DNA from: Phallusia mammillata
Lineage: Eukaryota
Reading direction: 5' to 3'
Assembly (NCBI GenBank): GCA_965637545.1
Contig: OZ281495.1
Span: forward strand, 22,072,001 to 22,136,000
Length of the DNA stretch: 64,000 bases
Positions 26,290 to 39,850 of the stretch are shown here, piece after piece (the stretch's first letter is position 1; every line of letters begins with the position of its first letter). The notes under the pieces were generated by a model, which searched no databases, was not told the DNA's origin, and saw only the letters and a program-made list of their open reading frames with translations. A program made the position numbers and the translations under genes.

Positions 26290-27216
26290 ACTTTAAATAT
26301 GCGCAGCGATTCTGCGCAATGGAAATAATGCACTGCAAATGGCAGCTTATTTTTAAATTAGTAAATGCTGTACATCTGTATTAAAATCACGTAACAAAGA
26401 AAGCCATTATTTGCAAAACAAATACAATATTCGAAACGCTTAAACTAATCTAATGGTAAAATGCCGCGTTTTAGGTTGCGACCTGTCTTCCTTTGCGTAG
26501 CCCCTGTTGTCTGTTAACGCTGACTGACATACAGCGCTTGCCACAAAATCACCACCGCTGCGGGCTCAATATGAAACAATCACATACGCGCGTGTGCTGA
26601 TTGGGAGCGTTTAGTTACTCCTCTCGACTGATCGCGTAGAGGAAGTAGGCTACGTCACATTAATATCCGGAAATCCGAGATGCACAGGCCAGAGGCGCCA
26701 TCGAGCTCACGCGTCAAAGAAGAAATAACGCGGGAGGCTCTTCGCTGCACCACCGTGCTCGGAGTGGTGTAATGCGTTATCACACTACGTTTTTAGGCGG
26801 TAACTCTGATGTGAGTTCCTGCCTTTGCACCTGTTGTACAGGCACAGGTTCACCTAAGTTTGTCGCGTCAATCGCAATATATACCAACGATTTAGAGCCG
26901 AAACGAAAAAAATCTTCTACATTCTGTTTTCCTCTGCTGTACAATCTCCTGATGTATTGCCCTTAAAGTTTTTTGGTAAAGTCTAACCTTGACGTATGGC
27001 AAAACCAAATTGTGAAGCAGATTGACCGTAAGTTGTCAAATACGTCAGTGGTGGCTATAGGCAGACTGGGCCTCTCTAATTATATCGATCAACACGGCGG
27101 AAGTTAGAGGCAACTCGCCTGACAGAAGCTGCACGTCAAATTCTATCCTTCCTCTGCTCAAATTTGACTTGATGTGTTACAAATATCCACATCTTTATCG
27201 CACGGTTGAACTCTAC

Positions 27217-30200
27217 TCATTCCTGCATAAGCTGATGGTTTATACCCGCGTTCTTAATCTTGGCAGTTTTTCCAATGTAACTAAAAGCAAAATTTAACAT
27301 ATCCAGCTAGCATGTCTTATTATATTCGGACGCATTTGTAGTTTTTGCTATTTGCAAAAAGAAATTGTACCCACAAATTCACTAAAAAAGCAAAAGCACG
27401 ACTGCTTTGATATGTATTTACAAAATTTTAAGGTTTTTATTGCAAGATTGGATTGACAAATATGGAAAATAGCCTGCCTTTTCTTTCACTTTTAACTCAA
27501 CCTTGTATCTTACGGACAGCAAATTGTAAATTTATTGATATTACATACTATTAATACTGCCCGAGTTGTTAGTAAATTTTATTAAACAACAGAGCAAGCA
27601 TAACGAATTCGGGACACTGACAATGTCATTTTGAACCACGCTGTAAAGTTGCACTCAGACATCGTTGTGCGCGGAGGAAATTGATTATGCAAACAAAGTA
27701 CAAAAACTGATATGCTGGGATGGTGTTTATGTCGTAAATTGAACAATCTTCTGGCATATAACAACACTTCAATATTATTTCGCTTTCTAGTAAAAATGAA
27801 TTAAGCGCATGATTGTACACAAAAAATAAGATGACGCGTACTGCAAGGTTCGCCACAACTCAATATAGACTTTAAAAAGTGCATGAATTTTTAGCAAAAA
27901 GTGACAATAGAGTTTGGCATAATCTCGAGTTGGGGGATGCACCTTTTCACCATCCTGCTACAAGTGTTAAATGCCTCGTTAGCGCTTACACAAATATCAC
28001 GCGTTGGTTTCAGCTTTGTCATTTTTTTCGTTGTTACCATCTTCATCCACAAGAACAAATTCGTCAGGCTGTTGCGGCTGTCTCGGGTACCTGCACAACA
28101 ACATAACTCAATGCTGCACAAAATTAAAGACATTTGCACGGACTTTATCACTTGTGTAAGTCGTGAGCACGTGATATTCGTTTGTAGATTGAATATCAGA
28201 CTTACTTCTTTCTCTTGAAAAATCCGCATCTGATAAGCAGGCAAATGATAACAATGTAGATGATGAGAGCCAAGATAATTCCGATCAAGATGTACCACCA
28301 CGGGAAGACGGAGGCCACATCCTTCTCGAAGAAGGCATGGTCCACTGTCGTTTGAATCTGCAAAAAAAACGCAGGTTTTCAATAACGTAAGCTCCCCAAC
28401 CGTAATTTTGCTGCACTGCAGTTTACCCGTTCTTTAGTCGTTCCATTGATTCGCACATTAGTTGCAGACGATCTTAACCGTCCTCTCGTTACAATGTTCA
28501 CCAAATCGACCTTTTTAAATTCTTCTAGAAAGGTGTTGTTCCATAATCGAACCTACAAAAGTCTTTACGATCAGATAAGCAAATACGTTGTTGAAAGTGT
28601 CGAAAACTGATTGTTGGTTGATCTCAAAAGAAAAAAACGGGTACAATATAGATACCAGAATAAATTGTTTTTTTTTTGGTCACGTTACATTTGATATTCA
28701 AACTAGCGGAAAATGGACTACCCGATCCGTACAGACCAAAAGGGTAACTGTATAAAAGTTATTCGATCTGTCTAGTATTGCACTTTCGTTTTTTTTTGTG
28801 AGCAGCTAAAATCTTACCTGAAAGATCACCGAAATTGTAGATTTAGGCGGAATTGGATTTAATGTGCACTGAACAGGGACACAGTACGCGGTTTTTCGTG
28901 TACAGTCTAGTTTCAATTCACTTCTATAAGATCCAGCAGTTCTTGCCGATGCCGCCCTTTCAGGTTCATACAGCGGAGCAGGTGAAGGGACCTGCAATAA
29001 AACATTTTTTTTACGAAGAAAACTGCATTGAAGTCAAAATGTTCTAGGTTTAAATCGATTACACATGACTTAAGGACTAACGTCTGTAAAATAAATCTTT
29101 GGAACACCAGAAGAAAAAAATTCGTTCATATTTTTTTAAGGATAGAAAGTTAAAGTTTACGTTGTTTTTGGTGAACAAGTCGGCAAATACAAGGTGATTG
29201 TGATTGACAGGTAAAACGTTCGAAGAATGGTAACTGCCACATTTCACGGCGTTACTTTTCCGTTTACTGAGTTTAGCATACAGGAACGGTAAAAATATGA
29301 TAGCAAATCTCAAGCCAAACCCCGCTGAGTGATTCAGCGCTCGAAACTATGCCCCAGCCAACAATTTTACAACGGAAAATATCAACAAGGGTCTGTTCAG
29401 CGCGAGTGCGATCAATTCATGTCATGCGAATAATACGGAAAGATTATGGATGCGATGACTGTGGCGACCCCGGACCCAAAAACTCCTTCTTCAGCTTTCG
29501 GTAAGTGAATTGCGTGCATGTTGTTCCTAAGAACACGCACTGGAAATTCCTACATGAGTTGGATGTAAATGCACGACGGCAGCCTGTCTATGCCACGCAG
29601 GATATAAATAGTACAAAAACACTGTGTGTTATTCTTCCGGGGTAATAAGGCCTATGAAACTATCTTCTATGTGTAGTTCAGATGGTTCGTTATGTAACGT
29701 TTGCTGATCGTGAAACATGTAAACTATTAAAGTCAGGAACGACTACATTAAAGCGTTTGCGTACGTTTGGTCTTATATGGTGATACTAAGTCACCATCGG
29801 AAGTTTAAGGCCTACGCCATGACTTGGCATTTTTGTGCGCGCATTATGTAGACTTCGATTGCACATAAAAAATCCCCCAAAGCTAACATGGCAGCCAGAC
29901 TTAACAAATTTTGAAAATGCACTTTCGATGTTCCATGTAATTTTATGATTGTAATAAATTACCATTGTCCAAAAATATCAACTGCTTAATAATAATAAAA
30001 ATCTCACTAAGGGGCATTGTAGCAAGTTTGAAGTAAATGATATGCATTTTTTTATAAAACAGTCGGGTTTGATCTAATATCACTTCATTTTCCACTCAGA
30101 GTTTTGTCCCGCAAAAAAATCTCGCCAAACATCCTAAACGCAGAAAACCAGGAATGCATCCACAAGTGTCCTCCACAGGAAGACACCCGACGTAACTTAC

Positions 30201-33200
30201 GTCTCTCTTGTCCCTTGAACTGGCGAGTGGCAGATGATAACCTAACTCGTTGACGTAAGTCTCGTTGCAACCTCCAGCCACAGTGGAAGCACCGGAGCGG
30301 ACGTTGGTTGACACAAGGTAGAGGAGCCATTTGCCGTTTTTGATTTCGTATGGGAATTTGATATGCAACTTAATGCCTTCAGCCGAGTTAAGGCCTAAAA
30401 CAACGATTAAATGTTTAGGTTAGTAGTTGATTGGATTTACCAATTTAAGTAGAAGGCCTACTAAAATACACGGTCTTAAATCGGTACTTTTGAACTTTAA
30501 CAGAATTGTTGAAAGACATCGCGTTTATGTAGAGGAGGAAAAAATGTGCCGGGCGTTTGCAAGCATTTAACCTTCCTATCAGACAGTTGTTGACAATACT
30601 TAAAATCTTTTCGGTCGAGTCATAAGAAACTGTTTGATTTTGTGAATGTAAATTTGGTTTCAACGGCAATTTCTGTACAGTTTCTTAACTTGGAATAAAT
30701 AACTTTGTCTTAATAAAAAAGAGCTTTAAAAAATTAAAAAGTTAAAACTGTAAAGTTTGTGTTATTGGAAGTATCATTTACAGTTCTTACCTTGATTTGT
30801 AACAAGAAAGGTGTAGGCGAGTTTGGGACCAATCTCGTTGGTGTATGTAATGGCTGATTCTCCAATAATTGGCGAGTTACTGTAACGAACCTGTTGAAAA
30901 AAACGCAATTTCCACCCATGGTTGTTCACAGGAAAAAATGTTGGGCAATTGTGTCTAAACTAGAAAAGGTACCTGCTGAGGTTGGCCATAACTTGTCAAG
31001 TCCAAATTTAAATTGATAATAACGTCGGAAATAAGTGTTACTGGTGGAATTTCAGGGTTGCTACTTGTAGTGGTTCCAGTCACTTCAACGATTATCTGCA
31101 TAGTAAAGGGATATTATTAAGACCAAAACAGCTACTTCGTTGCTTCAGTTTCAATTGTGGTGTTTAGTTAGTTGTATTTTAATTACTGGGAAATACATCT
31201 AGGTACATATTAAATTAGCTATAGTTAAGAAAAAAAGTTTTACTACCATTATACCCGTACCCGTTTTTTTAAACATTGAGTGTCAAGTAAACTGTTATAT
31301 ATGATGTGTTTTGTAATGTAAAAAGGCAGAAATGTAAAAAGAACATCTTCATTACCTGTTTGGTAGTAGCGTCCAACGAACCCACGTCCAAATCGATTTC
31401 GATTCTGTCCATGCTTCCACTATCGTATGGGTTACCCAAACTGCACGTCACAAACGTTGTACCGGCTGCAACGAACACAAAATATTACTTGTGGTCATAG
31501 TTGTTAAATGATCAATACTAAAAACGCAGTGATTTGTTACCAACATATTACTAACCATTACGTTATTTTCTAAAAAGGTTTGGTTGACCCTGAATTACTA
31601 CGCAGAACCAAAACATCACTAAACTGTGATTACAAACACAGAAAATGTTCCATCTTTATGTGTTTTGATACAACTAATAGAAATTCACTTGGATTTACTT
31701 GAAATTCACCTGTGTCGGTTGTGAAGCACTCAATGTTGGCTCCCGACGATTCAACCACAGTGTAGTTTTCGTAAAATACAAATGGCGGCAGTTTTGCTGT
31801 AACGAATGCCTGGTGGGCTTCCTCCCCGTCGTTTGTCACTTTAAGCATGAGCTTAATCTTGCCAGTGTCACCTGAAATAACAACACAGTGGTGCGAGAAG
31901 TGTTTGAACAGTTTATGTATGCAATGAAAAGAATTCAATCACAATTATCGACTTCCGTTGGTGCTTAACATCAGCATATAACCGTTGGATCGCGAAAAAT
32001 CTATTATTTTGGACTAAAAAGATTTGCACATCTGAGAGCATTTGTGATTTCTGCATTGGTCAGCTGTTTTTACATTCGCGGTTTTAGTAAAATAGTAAAC
32101 AAAAACAAACTCAAGAACCCTAGCCGGTTCCCAGTACGAATCCCGTAAGTAAGTTACATGATTGTATTTGGGTCAAGCATACCGGACAGTAATTTACTTT
32201 TTCACTATTTTTTGCGCTGAGTTCGAACCCAGGCTGTTTACAAATAGTTTTTAATGTCTGTGCATTGGTCAAGCGCCAGGGTCATTTGGCCAAGTGCCTG
32301 TCCAATCTTATAACAAAAACATACCTACAACGACCTCTGGCGGCAGTGTGCCGTTCACTTTTAGGTCGCTCTGGCAACCATCGTCGCCGCAAGTGTTTGC
32401 TAGAGTCACCACACTTTCACGAGTATTGGGATAGTCGGCATCTAGAATTGGGTCTTTTATCATTTGAAACACGTCTTGCTCAGAGGTTTCGGGTATTATC
32501 ACTCGGTTGTCGCTTTCCAGGTTAAATCCTGTACGAAGAAGTGATAAAACGGTAATTGGTTTTGTCATATTTTCACAACGATGGACTTACTAAAGTTAAC
32601 TTTGATGGGTCGAAGCCTGTCCTTGGACGTTTCTCCAAAATAAACGCGCTGAAATCCATCAGGGCAAACTTCTGTACCTGCAATCATAATATTCCAAAAA
32701 GTTAAAAAAGGACGAATACTAAACCGCAATCCAAGATATGTTTTAATTTTTGCTTATGTTTAAGTATTGTTTTATTTACAAAGTCTTGTAATGAACTAGC
32801 GAACACAATTTTTTAGGGTTGGTTTAAAAGTGCTATGGGCTTGTTCAAATATTTCATGCCGAAAATATACTTGGCGAGCTGTAGGGGGAGCAACAGCCAA
32901 CAAAGAAAAATCATTGGATTAGGCACATTTTAATCATCCTACCTGCAGCAGGTAAGGCGACGTTGCCAGAAAGTGTACTCGGACCCGTCGGATTTCGAAA
33001 ATGAGCGCGAGAAAATTTCCCTTCATTTACGACGTCGGTGTCAAGGGACAGTGAGTACTCAATGGGCAATTCTTCAGTGTACTCGTCGTGTCTCGCATTG
33101 TACCTGTGACATCGTCCAGATTAAGGTTGGACTAAGGCCATATGACTAGACAGAGAAACTCACGTGAAGCAGAATTTTACATCGAAACAAGAGTACGCTC

Positions 33201-36200
33201 CCCCTCTGTATTTGCATGTAGGATTTCGCAGGTTAATTGCTAGGGGACTTGTGTCCAGAGAGGAACGGACTGTAATGATTGGACGCGATCTGAAATACAC
33301 ATAAATTTACTTTCCGATTACAAACTGTAGTTCTATACTCCACAATCGCGCTTTATAATGGTACAATATTCCACTTGTTGGTATTACAAGGGGGAAACCT
33401 TTTCAAATTAGGGCAGTGGCACAGAGTTGCAAGTCGGGCCGGGTTTTTCGGGCCGGGTTCGGGCTTAGGTATTTGTCAGAAAATGGGCTCAAAACGGGCC
33501 CGACTTTACGTTCCGTTTCCGCCATTTTTTAGTAACAATTCTCTGGCTTTGACCTAATGCCCACCCTACTCTAAAACGTATTGTTTACCCCATTGTCTAC
33601 TATTGTTCATTGTGTTTGGTATCTTTTCTGTTTTTCTTTCTCATACTTTGTCGCAAGGCTTTCGTGGATAAGCCTGTCAATCAAGTTTCGGGCCTAAACG
33701 GGCTTTGCAAAAACGTTTCGGGTTCGGGCCGGGCTTCGGGCTTATACTTTCGGGTTCGGGCCGGGTTCGGGCCGGGTTCGGGCTCAGATTTCGGGCCCGC
33801 TTGCAACTCTGCAGTGGCAATTATGTTGCATGTTTACAACCAATTAAATACCTGAACAAAACCACGTGATCGCCTAAGGTGCCGACAAGGAGATCCGGGT
33901 ATAGATTGTTGTCGATATCTACCTTACTGGAAAGCGATACACCAAACCCTTTTGTATCTGGGGAAACCCCTGTGTAATCTTCGCCATTGAGAACTTGCGC
34001 TTGTTTTACTATACCATCAGCGGAACCTGCAACGAAAGTGAGAAACTGTAAATTGCATGAGAATCGTTTGGTAGGTAATTTTATATCCCGTGTTTATGTA
34101 AGTTAAGTGTGTTGTATTACAGACAATATTTTTGTTGGATTTATTTCAAGGCATCAAAACATTTTATTACGATAAGTTATAGAAGAATATATCTTCTTTA
34201 TATGCACTGCATTAAAAATTAAATATGTTTGGTGTTTATTCTATTTTACTTCTTGTTTCTTTTCAAAGTTGAATGCCATTTTGTCGTTTTACGGTTTTAA
34301 TGCGTGCCAAACATTCAACATTTTTACCTCTGTAAATGTATATTTTTCCGCTTGGTAGTTCGTATGGGGCACCAACAGCAAAGTCGTTGAACCCATCCTG
34401 ATCAAGATCCCCCAACGATTCAATACTGTATCCGAAAAATGAGTCAAGGGGTCCGTATAGCCTTTGGGGAACTATGTTGCTAAAAGAAGAAAATCGTATT
34501 TAGTATTGTGCGTCTATAGAAAGGTCACGAATAAAAAATGTAGGAAATTGAAAAGATATCAAATCTTTTTAAGTAATATGAACCCTTTATACCCCTTTCC
34601 AAGGCTCATCTGTTAACACAGTCAAATACAAATAGACGTAAAAAGTAAGGTGTGAAAAAAGAAACTCTATTTATCAATTTTTTATGGGACTCAAGTGATT
34701 ATAAACGGGTGTAACTGTGATGTAGCCCCTCATATCACTGATGATGGCATAAGCATTTGCCAAAATGTTTGGACATTAAATTACGTCGCATTTTACGTCT
34801 ATTTCGGCCGTTATTTTCCTCATTAAACTTATTAACAGATCCGTGTATACAGTTCCAAAGTACAAAGGCGTAAATAAACTTATATAAAAGATTTAAGGAC
34901 TGCAAGCATTGAATGGTCAATTACCTCCATCCGATGCTGGCGTTGTTGATGTAAACGTAAACGGATCCTCCATACTTTCCTTCGTTGTTATATTGGTAAT
35001 ATTGCGGGGCGCCAACCAATAGATCGTCCAATCCATCGTTATTAAGATCTGTCACTGCTAGCGAAAACCCAAAACTTGAACCAATCGAGTCCCCCATGAT
35101 AACGCTGTCGTACAACGGATGGAGCGCGGTATTGCCACCAGCAACTGTAAATTTATTTACCAGTCAATGTGTTTATGTATGTCTGAAATTGAGAAGCTTG
35201 TTTCAACACAGGCTGAGAACAAGGCATTTTGCGAAAGTTCAAAGCAGAAGTCGGGCAAACACATGTATTTTATCTTTATGTGCAAAATGTAAACAACGCT
35301 AATGTTAATTGCCTCACCAGTCAAATTATAGTTTTAAACTATGGTTTCCCCCACCCCTTCATACAAAACAATATATCAAACTTAAGGGAATGCATAGAAA
35401 AAGTTTGTCCATAAACCGAAACTTTCGAAGCCTGTCTGCCTGATGGTTTTAAATTTGGTTTGTGATGGTTAAATTTGACGTCGTACCTGTCATTTTTCTA
35501 TACATAGTCACTGCTCCAGTGTTATTGCCCCTGGGTGCCCCTGCTAAGTAGGTAACTGCGGACGAGCCGGGAAACATTGCCTCACTTGCCGCTACAGCGA
35601 ATCCGATGTAGCCGTCTCTCCTCAGTGGAATACTTTAGGCAAAAACAAATTGGAAAATCATGTAAACAACAAGTACACATTTTTTTGGTTCGTCTTTGAG
35701 TTGGAAAACGCTTGTTTAAAAAATGTTTTGACTGCAGTTAATTTGCAATTAAGGCAGAAACATGGTAAGAATCCACCAAAAAAATCTGCAAAACCAAATT
35801 TCATTTCTGCCCATACGCGATAAACATCATATCGTACTTATCGCATTTTGTTTTTCTTTCGATTTCCAATTCGCGATAGCGGCATCCAAGTGTGAGATAC
35901 ATGTCGGATGACTGTACAAACAGGTCGGCACCCGTGGCCTGGAGGTTAGGCAATTCGAAATCGAACATTCCACCCGACCACGACCACATTCCAGGTCCAC
36001 CTGTCACCAAAATGTATTACTTTATCGATCGACGCCACAGTGCTAAAATCTACCGGCGAATAAAGCACGTTGCTGGTATGTGGTTCATAAAAGGTAAATG
36101 AAGAAGTTTAGTGTTAGCAAGCAGCGCTTTCGATTAATGCTTGGTAATGATTTTTGAAACGCTTTCGATGAAGATTAAAGAGAAATCGTTGAGCTTCCCG

Positions 36201-39200
36201 GTAATAAAAACCTTAAAAGACCTAATAGGGAAGAAGTAAACAAAAAAAAATCTTTACAATAATACTGACATTACAATTCGCATTACCATATTCATGTGAG
36301 CCCATCCCATAAAATCACGTGAAATTATTATACCTATGGTGCACTACTCCTAAATCTACTTAGCCGTGAAATCAACAAACATTATAACTTTTAATTTAAC
36401 AGTGATGAAACATTTTGAGACGACAACGTTACTGCTACTTTCATGCAAAAGCAAAACCGTTCGTCTTTCGGAGTCCTACGACGCAGCCATACACCACTAC
36501 TACAACGAAAAATACACGACAAAGCAAAACCATATAGTTAGCATCACATCATTATGTTAACAACGTTTTCCTTAGTTGGACATGCAGGTTAAACAATTGA
36601 AAACAGGTTAATGACCACCAAAGTTACTTATGTATGTTAACAGCGTGCCGTTGTAAGTAAAAGTCTGGAATAATTGATGATGCATGAGATGAAAAAGCAG
36701 ACAGCAACCCAAACATTGCCAGATGCAATTTTACCCGACAGCAATTCGTTGCCCACCAACGAAATAGAAACCCCACTTTGAGAGTAGCCCAGTGTGTTCT
36801 TGTAATTTATCTTTTCTGGCTCGCTTATTTGGTCGCACGGTGACGCTATATTGGTACGAAACATAAAAATATTTGAAACACCTATCAATGAACACAAAAA
36901 AGGTGTAAGCTCACAAGGAGTTGACGCAAGTAATTTGGTTTTTGCGGAAAGATTTGAACTTGCAATTGTGCTTCTGATGTTGCATCAAATCCTTGTGATC
37001 TCAACAGGAATACAGCCTGTGTACAAACCGACCGGTCGGGTTTGCTTTACTGGTTTTGCAGTCGACAAATCAACTATTAATGACACAGTGTTGTGAAATA
37101 CGTGATTTGTCAGTGATTTTCCAGCTCATTGTAGTCGGTTTGTGCACCTTTGACTGATTCCAGTACATTTACCCAGTATATACTCTGTTTCACTGATAAA
37201 AGCGATGTTGGTGCCAGCCTGTGAATATCGTAATCCTTCGCGGTCGTTTCGAACTGAGGGAGCTAGTTTTAAACAGGGCGAACCTGAGAATCAGTATTGT
37301 TAAGTTAAAGGTCATTTACGATTCCACACAGCATATATGGTTCGACTAACACTTTGACTATATTAACTCGTCACATATATAAACCTATTTGTCGTATGGC
37401 TGGACCTTAAATATTTGAACTACGTTTCTGAAACGCATACACGAGACAGTTTGGTTCTTCCTTTCATTACTCTGTTCAGCTCAGTAACTTGTAGGCCTAC
37501 TTGTTAAAAAATCTTACTAACCAACTTTAACATGTATTGAACTTCTTAAAATTGTAAACTGTTCTTTTCTAAACTGCAATTTTGTTTGATATCTTGCTGA
37601 AGAAAAGTTCATGTTCCATTCCGACCAGCTATATAAGTTTTCGTTGTCTACAAACTTAATTAAAAAAGTTTTGATAAATATCAAGAGCTATACTTTGCAA
37701 ACTTTGAGAAACCTGGTTGTTAAATAATAAACTGCACTTTCAATTTGATTTACAAGTTTAAAAAAATACTTACCGATAAACCTATTTCCACTGTCGGCCG
37801 GCGTTATTTCCCGAAGGGTGTTTTGGTCGGTGCCTAAATGAAGTAACAAACGTCATTCGTCGTAATACTCCAATTTAATGGGGGCAGAGCCCAATAGAGA
37901 AACTCGTTCCCAGTGAGAAGTTTCATACTTCAGGGAGGGTATACCAGTTATATTTATGCATGTTAAAAATAATTCAGTTATACGAGCGAACGTTAAAAAA
38001 TCAATGGGGCTAGAGTCGGTGGTCTTATCTTATATTATGCTTGTTTAATTTAACGTATGCTATCTACTTTGTGGTATAACGGGGGGAAATGAAAATGTTA
38101 TTGTCATGTTAGAAAGAACTCCCTTAAATCAATGTTTAATGTGTACGTGACATTTTAAACAACGCTACATGACGATGTTGGTAGACTACGCCAACATTAA
38201 GGTCAAGTTTTTTGTTGAAAATCATCAGACGCCTACTCGTTTAAACATATCAAATACACAAAAGTGGACCTATTTGCCCTTTGTTGGCTTTCTGAATGTA
38301 TGTGTTGACTCACCATTAAGTAGAAAACACTTTCCACACAGACGCTCAATTTCGTTTTGACCTGTGTTGAAACTGCGGGAATAACGGTGTGCGCAGGTGA
38401 TCAAGTATCGTCCCGCTCCTGCACCAAACAGAAAAAATAAAACTTTAAACCTATTTAGTTTAGTATAGTAAGGAAGTTATAGTAAGTATAGTATAGTAAC
38501 TATTGTCTTTTTTATAACATACTGTAGAAGTATAGTTCCAAAATGTCCCACAATTAGAATTGTGTCACTTAAGTATAAATGACAAACAATAAAAAACAGC
38601 ACTTACCCTGACTTTCAAGACTGACACCAAGCCACTGACCCGTCTTATTGTCGTCTTTTGCCGATTCTCCTAAACACACACAGACAAAAAGTAATGTTAG
38701 AAGCCAAATGTATTTTACAAGACGCATCACGGACGCAAATATTGGGTCAAATTTGTAACTGAAGATAACACTTAAGAGAGCGGTTCTCAAACTTTTTTAA
38801 TTATTTGTAATCACGATCCCTTCGCATTTTTTTACGAACACTCGCGGTCCAAGCTAAATATATTTATAAAACTAAAAATTACCTTGACAAAATAAAACTG
38901 TCAACAACAACATGCTGAATGAATTTAGTTTAGATTCGTAAAATCACTTTTCGTAAGATCGGGTAGGAATGTTTCAAGGGCAATTTATTACGTCACAAAC
39001 AAGACTAAAACAATATATACATAGTGCGACAACAAATAGTACCTCTGTTTGTCACTGAAAAATGAAGCAATGGACCACTTCTTGTCAGAGAAAACTCTTT
39101 TGCCTGACTAATTTTTGCTTATACATCTGATGTTACATAAGGTTGTAGAAATACTTTAAGCTTCTCGCGGTCCCTCTGAAATCGCGTGGCGGACCCAAAA

Positions 39201-39850
39201 GGGACCGTGGACCCCAGTTTGAGAACCGCTGACTTAAGAGATGTATTGATAGCATTTTCGCTGTGCACTGTATCAAGCATAAGAAAACTTGCCTAGATCC
39301 ATTTGAACTCGCATACAATCCTCGGGGTTCGTTGTCACAGGGCAGTAAAAAATTCCACCAGGTTTTTTCGTGTTCCCTTGCTCTGGTAAGGGACCTGTGG
39401 TCGGGCTTCCAACTACAAGCAAACTCTTCTCCAAAGTTTCTGAAAGTCAGTAGTTAAATACTAAACTGTTACAAAAGGTACCAAATAAAACAAAATTCAA
39501 CGTGCAAAAATAACTTTAACTTTTGGTGTAGTTTTGGACTATTTCTTTTTACTTACAACTAACCACTTTTACTTTTTTAATAACCTACTTGCTTCGTTTC
39601 AGGTAATGGATGTGCGTTAATTTTAAAAATGGGGTAAGTAAAAAAGCCAGCTAGTTTGAATCCACTATATTGGAAATTCTTAGGCATATGCATTACCTTG
39701 TGGGGCGCTGGAAGTTTTGTGTAGAGCCACGCTAAATCCAAACGTGCCCCCTTTCGGACCAGTTTTGTACAAAGGAAGACGTCCCTCCAAGTTGTAGCTG
39801 CTTGTCAGTCCGAAACATCCAATAAATGCAATAAATAAAACTCGATCCAT
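27217..39850 (-). CDS. Integrin alpha subunit, laminin-receptor (alpha3/6/7, PS1-like) type, >20 exons
   Basis: Signal peptide followed by YNLE; FG-GAP repeats (GTFGFSVAL, QWLGVSL, TCAHRY, DLNNDGLDDLLVGAP, DLDQDGFNDFAVGAP, DIDNNLYPDLLVG); SRPII thigh start; RDKR furin-like site near 30210; TM segment WWYILIGIILALII followed by GFFKR. The subtype is inferred. Confidence 0.93.
33422..33811. mobile_element. hAT MITE, 390 bp, with subterminal TTCGGGCCGGG repeats, in an integrin intron
   Basis: TIRs CAGAGTTGCAAG / CTTGCAACTCTG; perfect 8-bp TSD cagtggca. Confidence 0.9.
34731..34777 (+). pseudogene. Decayed minimal hammerhead ribozyme (Penelope-like remnant)
   Basis: CTGATGA-T-GGC(ataagcattt)GCC-AAAATGTTTGG. 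This differs from a canonical GCC-GAAACGTTTGG by two CpG-type transitions. Confidence 0.4.
38778..39231. mobile_element. hAT (Charlie-like) MITE, 454 bp, in an integrin intron
   Basis: TIRs (g)AGCGGTTCTCAAAC / GTTTGAGAACCGCTG; perfect 8-bp TSD acttaaga. Confidence 0.9.
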
